Below the pieces are notes generated by a model. It was not told where the DNA came from and did no database searches. It was given only the letters and a program-made list of their open reading frames with translations. A stretch of 64,000 nt of DNA. Origin: Podarcis muralis. Taxonomy: Eukaryota. Positions 11,601-23,600 of this stretch are shown piece after piece. Every line of letters begins with the position of its first letter. Position 1 is the first letter of the stretch. The stretch is from assembly GCF_964188315.1 (NCBI RefSeq), contig NC_135665.1, positions 11,346,001-11,410,000 of the forward strand. The letters run 5' to 3'. Position numbers and translations under genes: made by a program.

Positions 11601-14600
11601 TCCAAGGTTTCTCCTGGTCCTACCTGGAGACTGAATGTGGGGTCTTCTGTAAGTGCCATCCCCCAGAGCTATAGCCCCTCCACATGTCAAAACGGAAGAC
11701 ATTTGGGCCAACCTAATAAAAATGCGTCAGGTTCCACTGGTGCTTATCACAGTCCATCAGGGGAAATAATTGAACCAAGACTACCCTATCGCCAATTCCT
11801 AATAAAGTTGTCAACAGCAAGAGATTTTAATAACAACTATCTGTCCGTCTGTTGATGTATTATATATTTTGTTTTCTGTCACAAAGGAAATCTGCTAGAC
11901 GGAGGCTCCAGAAGCATGAAAAGTGCGTATGTGACCACAGTAAAATTTAATCTCGGAAACGAATGCAACATCTGGCACAATTCCCCCATGTTGAGCTTTG
12001 CTGTGAGCTGAACGCGTAAGGATTTGAAACGCTATAACTTTGAAGATCCTTTCATGCAAAGCAAGCATTTGCTATGGCTTCTTGTCGCCCAGGCAGGAGG
12101 GAGAACTGGCAAGCCATGGCAGATCCCTTAAGTGGTGGGCAGGAAGTGTTTTCCCTGTGATCCTGCAAAGGCATGCCCATATCCAGGTGATGTTTGGGAT
12201 AATTCATGCAATTGCAGGATAGGCTGCAAGCTGCTGTTCAGAAACCCAGGGAAAGAACTAGAAGGAAGAAATCAGGACCCAAGTTTTTTTAAAGAGAGAC
12301 TGCAATACCTGAATACCTGTATACCTGAGTCCTGTATACCTGAAGGAGCGTCTCCACCCCCATCGTTCAGCCCGGACACTGAGATCCAGCGCCAAGGGCC
12401 TTCTGGCGGTTCCCTCATTGCGAGAAGTGAGGCTACAGGGAACCAGACAGAGAGCCTTCTCGGTAGTGGCGCCCGCCCTGTGGAACGCCCTCCCATCAGA
12501 TGTCAAAGAGATAAATAATTACCTGACATTCAGAAGACATCTTAAGGCAGCCCTGTTCAGGGAAGTTTTTAATATGTAATGCTGTACTGTTTTTAACACC
12601 GATTGGGAGCCGCCCAGAGTGGCTGGGGAAACTCAGCCAGATGGGCGGGGTATAAATAATAAATTATTATTATTATTATATTATGCAATCTCTCTTTAAA
12701 CGTTTTAAAGGGAAACGTATTAAAGGGAAACGTTTTAAAGGGAAATATTTTAAACTCTCGTTCAGGAAACCCTGCGACTCCGTGGGGAAGAGATGCACAA
12801 GCAAACATCCTAATGAACTGGCACAGGAGGCTCTGTGCCTGGCCATGGCTTGAGATAACTGAGGAACATTAAGGGGCTTCTGCCGTGTCAGCTCCTGCCA
12901 AATCCAGCACGAGGGGGAGATGGCCTGTGGTCCGCGCTGGATTTCTAATGAGAGATTCTTGGACTCGAGCTTCCCTGGCTGCCCACCTCCAGATGTGCGA
13001 TGACAGTCTCGGATTGCCGAGCGGGGAGGAAAACACTTTGCACAGCAGATGCTTGCCGGCCGTTTATTGCGCAGGAAATAATGAATGAGCCCAGGCATTA
13101 AAAATAGGCTTTGGCCTTGGTCTGTGTGGAATCAGGCACTGGACGAGATTGTATCTCTTTGAGGTAGAACATGGCCAGTATTTCCAGTACAGTGGTACCT
13201 CGGGTTACATACGCTTCAGGTTACATAGGCTTCAGGTTACAGACTCCGCTAACCCAGAAATAGTGCTTCAGGTTAAGAACTTTGCTTCAGGGTGAGAACA
13301 GAAATCGTGCTCCGGTGGCGCAGCAGCAGCGGGAGGCCCCATTAGCTAAAGTGGTGCTTCAGGTTAAGAACAGTTTCAGGTTAAGAACGGACTTCCGGAA
13401 CGAATTAAGTTCTTAACCCGAGGTACCACTGTACTAACTTGCTTGTTCTTTTTTTGCTGTTGCAGTTCTGCTGCTGCTCCCCACCCTCCTGATGAACAGC
13501 GAGCAGGTCCTTTCGCAGAGTGAGGAACTGTGGGTATCGTATTTCAGAGACTGCCTTGTGAATGCCATCACCATCGTGAGCTGCCACAGTGGGGAAACAC
13601 GCTCTCTTCCAGATCCTGCACTCAGAATTCCTCACTCTGTGGAAGGGCCACCTCGGTCCCTCCTCATTGAGGAGGTGGGGTGTGTGTGTGTGTGTGTGGC
13701 AGAGACCCTTGCCTTGCTGGATAGCTGAAGGCACCAGAAAAAGGTGGAACTGGAGGCTAACAATGAGGCGAGCAAAGGGGTCAAACTTGCTGCCCACGGC
13801 CAAAGACAATGGTATCGTTCTGTGGACCCAGGCTCCCTTGTGCCCTTGGCGAAGAGCTGTATTGGCACCTCCAAAGCCGGGAGAGACCATGTTTCCTTTT
13901 GTGCTCCACCAGTGACTTCCTCTGCAGCCATTGGGGTTGGGTCTGCTCTGCCCTTCCTCCCCATCTCCTTCGTCAGTCCATCCGTCTGTCTGCTAAACTC
14001 CCTCCCTCTGCTGGCTGCTTTCCCTTCTGCCTCCATCCTCCCTCCCTTTTTCCTCTTCCTGCTACTCTTGCCCTCTCTTGCCCTCCACCCACACTTCTAA
14101 TAGTACCACTGGCCCACTGGGGAGGGGGCCCCACAGGGCTGCTGCGATGGCCAACACCAGCGACTGGATTCCATCACCAAGGCACCCAGAGAAGACTATG
14201 TGCCTTGCCCAGCCTCCCAGAGCAGCAGAGTGGCCTGGGGAGCTTGTGGACGTGCTCCTGGCCACTCTTAAGATCTTTTCACCCTTGGCAGGGGCCAACC
14301 TACCCGGCCCCTAGGTATGCCCTTGAATCTGCATTCCGATTGGGCCAGTCCTGGCCACCTTCTTCCAAATGGTTATTTATATTCCATGTCAGAAGGTTCC
14401 TTCTCTCCAGGAAGTCTATATTTAGAGAAAGAAAAAGAACCAGATAACATGGAATTGGAGGTATGCAAGGCCCACACCAGACCTACAGAGCCTTGATTTT
14501 TACAAGAAATGCCACAAGTCCACTATTTTGTCCATCTCACATTCCTAAGAGCAAGAGTTGCAACATCAGATTCTTACACCAGTTCAATGAATCCAGAATT

Positions 14601-17600
14601 CACAATCCTAGACAGGGACTGAAATGACGACTCCACACAAAGAAGCGAGAGAAAAAATGATCAGAGAAGTGGATTTAGGGGCTAAATTCTCTTTTGAGTC
14701 ATCTGCCTTACGAGCTGAAACTGATAATTAAAACAGTACGGAAGAGCTTTCTTGAAAACCAGGCAAAGTCAAGAAGTGACTAGTGTGAAGTCTAGGTCAC
14801 TTGTACCTGCTGAAAAGTATAGTGGTACCTCAGGTTACATACGCTTCAGGCTACATACGCTTCAGGTTACAGACTCTGCTAACCCAGAAATAGTGCTTCA
14901 GGTTAAGAACTTCAGGATGAGAACAGAAATCGTGCTCCGGCGGCACGGCAGCAGCAGGAGGCCCCATTAGCTAAAGTGGTGCTTCAGGTTAAGAACAGTT
15001 TCAGGTTAAGAACGGACCTCCGGAACGAATGAAGTACTTAACCCGAGGTACCGCTGTAGTTTTGTTTTGTTTTAAGGTGCATTTCACAGGATGAGAAAAG
15101 CTTATGGCTACATTTCTGCAAGGAGGAAGACGGCCCCATCAGCAAGTTTCAGACCATGCAGAAGTTCCATTTTAATCTCTGCCTCTTGCTATCCTTTTCG
15201 GAATTTTGGCTGAGAATCCTAGCTGATACTGTGTATTCTGAGTAACACCCTATCTTAAAAGAAACAAAATGAAAAAGTAACCTGATTTTGCACAGTGAGC
15301 TACTTTGTTCAATTGCTTGTTATTCTGCAAAAAGTAAAGGAGGAATCAGATCTCTCTTGACGATAAGCTGCTTTGTGAATGTTATAAACCACAAGCAAGC
15401 CGGGAAGAGTTGCCACAGCCTCGTTCAGGAATGTGAAACTGCACAGATAAATCAGGATAAGAAAACACAAGACTTGAGAAGCAAAGAACTCCGCTGGATC
15501 AGATGAAACATCCACCCACAGCCAGCTGCTGCTTCTGGAAGTGTGGAGAGATGGAGGCTAGAAGCTTCCTCCATTTCTTCCCTAGCAACTGATATTTAAG
15601 GGCTTGCTGTACCCTCAGAGGACGCCACTGCTTATTTCCTTCCACTGTGAAGACTCTTTAACTCTTCCCTTGTGTTTCCAGTTCTTTTGATCAATTACTG
15701 ACTTATAACAGGCGTCTGACGTCTTGTCCAAGGTCTGCCAGACTTACTCAGGAGCCTCTATTGAGGGACTTTATCAAAAGCTCGTTTGAAGTCTGTGGAT
15801 ATGGTATCTACTGAATTACCTGCATCTACACATGCTTGGGGGGGACGCGGGTGGCGCTGTGGGTTAAACTACAGAGCCTAGGACTTGCCAATCAGAAGGT
15901 CAGCGGTTCGAATCCCCGCGACAGGGTGAGCTCCCGTTGTTCGGTCCCTGCTCCTGCCCACCTAGCAGTTTGAAAGAGCATCCTGCCCACCTAGCAGTTT
16001 GAAAGTAGATAAATAGGTACCACTCCAGCGGGAAGGTAAACGGCGTTTCCGTGCGCTGCTCTGGTTCGCCAGAAGCGACTTAGTCATGCTGGCCACATGA
16101 CCCGGAAGCTGTACGCCAGCTCCATCGGCCAATAAAGCGGCGTGAGCACCGCAAGCCCAGAGTCGTCCACGACTGGACCTAATGGTCAGGGGTCCCTTTA
16201 CCTTTACACATGCTTGATGCTCTCATAGAAATCCAATGGTTGAAGAGGCAGAACTTCCTCATGCAGAAGTTACTCCAGTTCTTTTTCAGAAGTCTGCTTT
16301 CCCAACTCCTCATCCTGACTTACCCCCAAGAACCTGAAAAAGTAGTCTTAAATTGCATACCTTCCAATCTGTGGCAGAGACTGATTTTACTGTCAAACTG
16401 AATTATTATTAGAATCTAGTTCTCCAAGGACTCTTTGCTATCTGGGTTTAGAGATTAGTTTTTTAGCCAGTCCACTGGACCAGGTTTTGGGGGTCCCTCA
16501 GACAAGTCTATGCAGCCTTTCTCCCTTCAGTTTGCCATTGCTAATGTCTGCTCACTCGCCCAGACAACTAGCTGGTAGACAAGGCGTAGTGAGGAAAATG
16601 AGTGTCTGTCACAGATGCTTCCCAATCAACACACTTTGATTTTATTTTTGCTTTCTTACACTTTTACCCATCTTCTTGTTGTTTTTTACGCTGACGTTAA
16701 TTCTCAATGCAAATCATTTTGGAAAGAAAGGCAGGATGCAAACACTTCAAATAAAATAAAATAAAAACCTTAGTTGTTTTTATGCATGGGTTTATAAATA
16801 AAATGTGTATCATGCTCTTTGACCTCAAGGTTCAACAACAGTTGGGACTTGCTGACATCTTGTTGTATGTTAAGAGCAAGAACGCTGCAACAGCTGGTGG
16901 CAGAAAATGTGCCCGTTTAGACTTATCTAATCCTTCATTAAACAAATTCACTTAAAATGTAGTTTTGAACAGAGTCTGAACAAGTTTATGGAGGAAATCA
17001 GAATTTAAGAGCAAGTTTAGATGTTGCATTTCTCAATTCACGTCGGCAATGCAGGCTGTCAGCCTGTGCTTGGTGTTTATGCCTGCATTGTGCCTACACG
17101 AAGGAAGCCCTGCTCCTCTTCTCTGGCTTTTGTAGTCACAGCAGCTGGAGAAAGCACTCAGAAAAGTCTGAAATTGCCGTAGTATCTTAACGCGTCCTTG
17201 GCATACTTCTGAAATTGTGCTGCTTCAGAGCAAGACTGGATGTGTATCCTAAGCTACATTTTGCAATTCTTAAAGTTGTGAAATCCAGCTGATGAAGCAA
17301 GGGTTTTTGTTCTTCTAAACGAGACCTTGTAGAAATAATTAACTAGATCTCTGGGAAGACAGGGGAGGGGAGGAGAAATACTTTTATTATCAGAAGGGGG
17401 AAGAAGGGAAGTACCAACGAAGCAAAGTTGTACCAAACTAAACATAGTACAAAAGCACATCTGATATTTGACGTCAATGGGCCAATTTCAGTACAGTGGT
17501 ACCTTGGGTTACATACACTTCAGGTTACAGACGCTTCAGGTTACAGACTCCGCTAACCCAGAAATAGTACCTCGGGTTAAGAACTTTGCTTCAGGATGAG

Positions 17601-20600
17601 AACAGAAATTGTGCTCCGGCGGCGCAGCGGCAGCAGGAGGCCCCATTAGCTAAAGTGGTGCTTCAGGTTAAGAACAGTTTCAGGTTACGAACGGACCTCC
17701 GGAATGAATTAAGTATTTAACCCGTGGTACCGCTGTACTGAAATTGGCCCATTGACGTCAAATATCAGATGTGCTTTTGTACTATGTTTAGTTTGGTACA
17801 ACTTTGGTACCGATCGAAAGGTCGGCGGTTCGAATCCCCGCGGCGGGGTGCGCTCCCGTTGCTCGGTCCCAGCGCCTGCCAACCTAGCAGTTCGAAAGCA
17901 CCCCCGGGTGCAAGTAGATAAATAGGGACCGCTTACTAGCGGGAAGGTAAACGGCGTTCCGTGTGCTGCGCTGGCTCGCCAGATGCAGCTTGTCACGCTA
18001 GCCACGTGACCCGGAAGTGTCTGCGGACAGCGCTGGCCCCCGGCCTCTTGAGTGAGATGGGCGCACAACCCTAGAGTCTGTCAAGACTGGCCCGTACGGG
18101 CAGGGGTACCTTTACCTTTACCTTTACCGCTGTACTGTATCTACAAACTGAATCACAAGAAGGAGAATAGCATAGATAAGATGTTTCTTGCCGTGCAGAT
18201 GCAGAAAAGAGTGTGATCCACACAATATTCAACATTCCCATTGCCCAAGATAAGACTCACACAACCTACTTCCTTTGGTGTGATAGAATCTACAGGTGTT
18301 TAAAAAAAATATTTTTAGTAGAGTGTATTATTTTAACTTCCCTTGTGCAACGTCTCAACCCTTGCACAGTCATGAGTTTGCTAGACCCTTAAAAATGTAG
18401 TATAAACACCAACAATTAGGAAACACTTGCCTGCGAGCGCTCCAGTTGGAGAACAGCCTTTTCCAAAAGTGCCATGGGCTTTGAAAACACTCAAACTCAG
18501 GATGCAAGGGAGAAACGTGCTAAGAGGAAGGCACGCTTGGCAAATCCACACCGTGATCAACTCCCGCCCGGAAACCAGTGTCCCCACTGTGGAAGGACGT
18601 GTGGATCCAGAATTGGCCTCCACAGTCACTTACAGACTCATTGTTAAAACCGTGTTTATGGAAGGCAATCTTACTCAGCTACGAGTGATCGCCAAAGAAG
18701 AGGAGACCCTGGAAAATCCAGGAAAAGGTGAACCAGGCCGTGGAGAGTCCTGACTTGGGGAAACATCTAACGATTCTAACCATTCTGCAATACCAGTTCC
18801 ACACACACCATTACACATAGAAAGCATCAAGCAGAACTTCAACAATAGTGTCCATATGCTTATATTGTAGCAGGAAGTGGTAATATGATTGAATCACCAT
18901 GAGCAAGCAAACAACTGCAAATAGAACCTGGGAGGAGACAAGAAGCAGCATTACGTTTGTAATCTGATCAGCTGGATAACCAGCAGGACTAAGTCATGGC
19001 GGCACCTGATGATCTATAATAAATCACATTAAGCAGCCCAAGGGCAGTTCTTACCAATGTACTTATGGTGCTAAGCCCTTTGGCCTAATTAGAAGACACA
19101 CAACAGCTACAGGGATGCAACATTTTATTTATTTCATCAGCTTGGTATATTAAGAGCAAGCCGAGTTATGGGATAAATCTTCAACACAGATTCCAAGGTC
19201 ACAAGCAAGATGAATATAGAAATGGCAGAAAATTTCATTTAATGAGATTGGAGTTTGAAGGGACAAGAGGTCATGTTGTTCAGCAATGGAATTGTACATT
19301 CTATTCATTTAAAGAATTTGGTTTTATAGCTTTGTTTGGATTGCCATGTTCCAAAATTCTGATTTGTATTCCAAGCAAACAAAGGAAAATCACCTAAACC
19401 AGTGTTTCCCAAACTTGGATCTCCAGCTGTTTTCAGACTACAATTCTCATCATTCCTGATCACAGGTCTTGCTAGCTAGGGATGACGGGAGTTGGTGGTG
19501 AAAGAATGGTGAGATGGTTTACTTGGAAATTGCATACCTATCCTGAAAAGTGTAGATCTGAAGAACTGTTAAATAAAGAGCTGGATTATTTAAAGAACCA
19601 AAACTAAAGATCATATCCCACCAACCCATGATTTTTTTAAACACAGATCGGGAGACATACATCAACACAGCATTGATTCCTAGATGGAAAACCAGTGCTT
19701 TAGCCTTAATATGGTTAACTCCAGCAGACAATATTTGACATAAGCCAGTTTATTAAAATTGTGAGTACAGTGGACCCTCCAGATATGAACTTAATTCGTT
19801 CCAGGGGTCAGTTCGCACCCCGAAAATTATGTAAATAGAGGCGTGCTTCTGCACATACACACACGGCAAAACCTGGACGTAAACACTTCCGGGTTTGCCA
19901 TGGCCGTAACCCGAAGATTCTGTATCCAGAGGGATACGTAAGTAGAGGTCAGACTGTACTTGTAAATACAAAATTCCTGAAAAAGACGCTCTCAAATATA
20001 CAGCACAAATAAACCAAAGTTTGGCAATATTTTTTGATCTGGAAAATGTTTCTGAAATGTCATTAAAGTTGCGGTAATGCTCCTATTTCCTGTAGCCACG
20101 TACGAAGGAAAAGACATTGGGGACTGATTCTAATGACTGACGTAAGAGAAGTTGTTACAAGGGCTGATTTTAAACCTTGTGTGCACAACCTGCGTAAAGG
20201 ATGCGTAAGGCCCTTCCAAGCCGACAACACTGATTTCTGCTGCCTGGGGAGACCCTACGCCCTCATTTTTTGCCACCAAACAATGCTGCCTGTGATGGGA
20301 GGAAGGACCGCAGTTTCCCACCCTCAACACAAACCTTTTTGACGCCCTGACCTCTCTTGCCATTTGACTCCCTGGGCTCGTGCACAAAAGAAGTTAAAGC
20401 AAATGCGATTTGGTGAATGCAACCTGCAGGAATGGGTAACAGCATCCTCCGACTTACCCGTAGCTTGGCAGAAGAGGAAGAAGGTGGTCTGGGCACCCAC
20501 GTGCCGGATCTGGTCACTTAGGAACGGTGGCATCAAGGTGACTGTGGCCAAATCTGCGCTAGACCAAACATCGGGCTGGGGACTGATGGATGGAGGACGT

Positions 20601-23600
20601 GAGTCACTTTCCATACAGGACAAAGAGGAGGAACCAGTAGGAGGGAAAGTTATGGGAGATGAAGCTGTGGCAGAGGAGGACAGAAAAGGAAAAAGAAGAA
20701 GAAAAGGGCACTAAGGAAAAAAGTTCTAAGAACATGCCAAAGAAATAGTTTGCAAAGGAGGGGGGAAATGAGCAGTGAACATTTAATCAAAAGAAAGTTC
20801 CTTCTTATTTCTGTTTTGAAATACAGGAAATCACACCTGTTCAAATCTTACAGCGAGAAAACCCTCTAAAGCTTCTGGGTTTTTTTTAAGACAAGTTATT
20901 ATTGCTCAAGGACAAGGATGAAATACAATGAACTTCAATATTTATTTCCTTATTTTTTTCATATATACAGAATCAAAAATAGAAAAATAAAAGCAAAAAT
21001 GAACCATACAAAATCTAGAACAGTTTACACTAAGACCATCTAAGGTGTGTGCTGGGGAAATATTTCAACAGGAACAAAGAAAAGGACTTTGGGACATGTT
21101 GCCTACTCAGTCGTCTCTATTTCTAACCATATTTACATGAGACACAAAAGACAGCGAGAGACAAGGATTTTTAAAAACTGTACAGCACAAAGGAGTTTTA
21201 CAGACAAATAGTGCCGTTGTTGAGTCCCAGGAGAGATAAAGTGGTCGACCCTTTGGGCAGTTTTCTGCTCTTCTCTGGTTTCTTTTCTCCAGTTGCCTTT
21301 TTGGAAAACATTGGTGGAAGTTGTGAAGAAACAGTGAAAATATTTGGCAAAGTTGATTATGGGGGTGAGAGAGGCTGGAGCCCTATTGCTTCCCAAACTG
21401 TGGGGGAAAGTTACAAAATGCATGACATCCTCAACAGTCTCTTTTGAGAGGTCCATTGCATGTTTGCCAAGGTCCGCATTGTATCTCTGAAACAGAAGCC
21501 TCTCACACTGCTGCGGTTCAGTGACTACTGTTTGTCCACAATAATCCACTTTTTAAAACCTTAAAACAATTCCATAAAATCAGTTAATGTGGCAGTGTCC
21601 AACTACATCTTTTTAACATCTTTTTTCTAAAGCTAAACTCCCCACAACCCAAAAATGAACATTAAGCTCTCAAAATGATTACCATATCAACGCCTCTTAA
21701 AAAAAAAGGGGGGGGGGGAGAGAGACAATTAACCGAAGCTTATCCCTGAGAACCTTATGCAACTCTAGAATACATCATATTCTAAAAAGGTACACAAACA
21801 GTTTTGGAAAGATCCAACATTTCTTTCACCAGCTAAAACTACCAGACAAATGCATTAAAATCACTAGATGCAAAGAAATGTCCCAATCTGGACAAAAAGG
21901 CTATTATTTACCAATCTGATAAACTAAACATCATTTCCAATTTGGAATTAAACTGAAATTAGATTTTTAATGGCAGTTAAATACGTGCAGGCAGGAGCTA
22001 CTGAAATCCTTTTTGGTATGACTCTGCAACAAGAGTTAATTTTACCTTCTATGAAAAAGAGGGATTAATCAAAATAGTCAGTATGCGCAAGTGTTAAATT
22101 ATCCTTGGCTGGGGAGCAGGGGGAGGGCAGCTTAGAAGCTCACCGTGTGAAACCGTAACTGGCCATTTAAAATAAAGAAGAAACACATAAGAAATAAGTG
22201 TGTAACAGAACCGTTTTCAGAAAATGCGAGATCTCTCTCTGCTCTATCCAGGTGTGAAATGACACTTTTTTTAAGTGTCACTTAAAAAAAGCTGAGAACA
22301 CGTAGCCCTTTCTGGCCCAGTTATCACATCTAAAATGTTTTATGTTCGAAAACAAATGGTTCAGAATGACAGTACTTTCATTAGGGGAGGTGGGGTTTTT
22401 CTCCTTTAATCCCCCTCAGCATCCGAGTCAGCAAATTTCAGTTCGCACTTGACATCAAAAGGTTTGTCCTTGACTTCCTTGTAAGACTGCGAATGGTCCT
22501 CATCGTGTTGAACATGGCCGTTTCCATAGTCTGCTTCAGTCTCGTATCCCGTGTCATGTGCCGGTTTTGGGTGCTCCCCGCTTTGGGTCAGGAGACTGCC
22601 TGGCTCCACCAGGGTCTCCTTCACGCTTTGCTCACAGTCAGAGAAATCGGCCTTGGGCTTCTTCTTCCCAAGCAACATAGCAGAACGAAACTTCAGGCAC
22701 TGGTCCGGCAGAAACCCTTTGTAACAGTTGTAGGCAAACAGGCACAGGAAGAGCACGAAAAAGAAGAGGAAGAGGAACATCAAGAGGGAGTTATCGTTGG
22801 ACCTCAGAAACATGGTCTTTGCAGAGACCTCGGGGGGCGAGTTCAAGAGCTCGACGTCAGGTGCGGTGCTCATGAGGGTGGGGACAATGGGATTCGTCAC
22901 TATCCTGGACGTTGTGACTGGTACCACCGGGGAGGTGGACATGTGAGCGGCCGAGTCTTGGATTGCGACAGTTGGCATTTTGGCTGCTTCCGCGTTGCGT
23001 TCTGTCGGTGTGGTTGGCTGGGTGGGGCTCAGCGTGGTGTGCTGGACTTTCCTCAGTTCCAAAACATGCTTCGCCAACACTTGCGAGAACTTCTGGTTCT
23101 TCACTTTTTCTTCCGACAGGCACTGATAGACGCCGCTGTCGCCCTCGGACAAATTGAAGATCAGCAGCGCCTTCTCCAGCAGCCGGTACTTCGGACTTTC
23201 CACCTTGAGCACATCGTCCTTGAATTTCCAAACCACCTGGGCCAGGTTGGACTTCTGAGAGCATTTTAGCTCTGCAGTGCTGCCATGCTTGAAAGTGTGC
23301 TGCAGATAATGCTCTCTTACTTTATCTGGAACAGCAAAATAAATGTAAACGAGAACAGAAATGAGTTTTCTTTTCGGTGTGGGGAGCAGGCCAATTCAGC
23401 CATGCAGGCATATACTGGGGAAAAACTACCAGCTCACAACACGTGTCACGCTAGCCTGAAACAACAACACAGGGTACAGCTTACAATGGATATGTATTTG
23501 TCTAGGATAAAGTGGTGGCATTCCTAAGTATCTCTGGAACTGCTTGCTAAACTGCTGCATTCCAAAGATGGAGAAATCTGTGCGATTAGCGTATGATTTG

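Noticed and set aside
13405-14447. Cluster of 100-212 aa ORFs on both strands
   Set aside because: They run through CT-rich and (TG)n low-complexity sequence with no known motif. Only the splice-signal observation was kept, as a low-confidence finding.
15681-15802. Clean-looking plus-strand exon ([16 protein letters not shown]...) with a strong acceptor
   Set aside because: The opposite strand is a CR1 RT remnant ([10 protein letters not shown]), so the open frame is incidental. It also shows how easily false exons appear in this intron.
22493-23269. 258-aa plus-strand ORF and 135-aa alternative-frame ORF over the TM exon
   Set aside because: Antisense and overlapping shadows of GC-balanced SEMA4D coding sequence; no recognisable domain.
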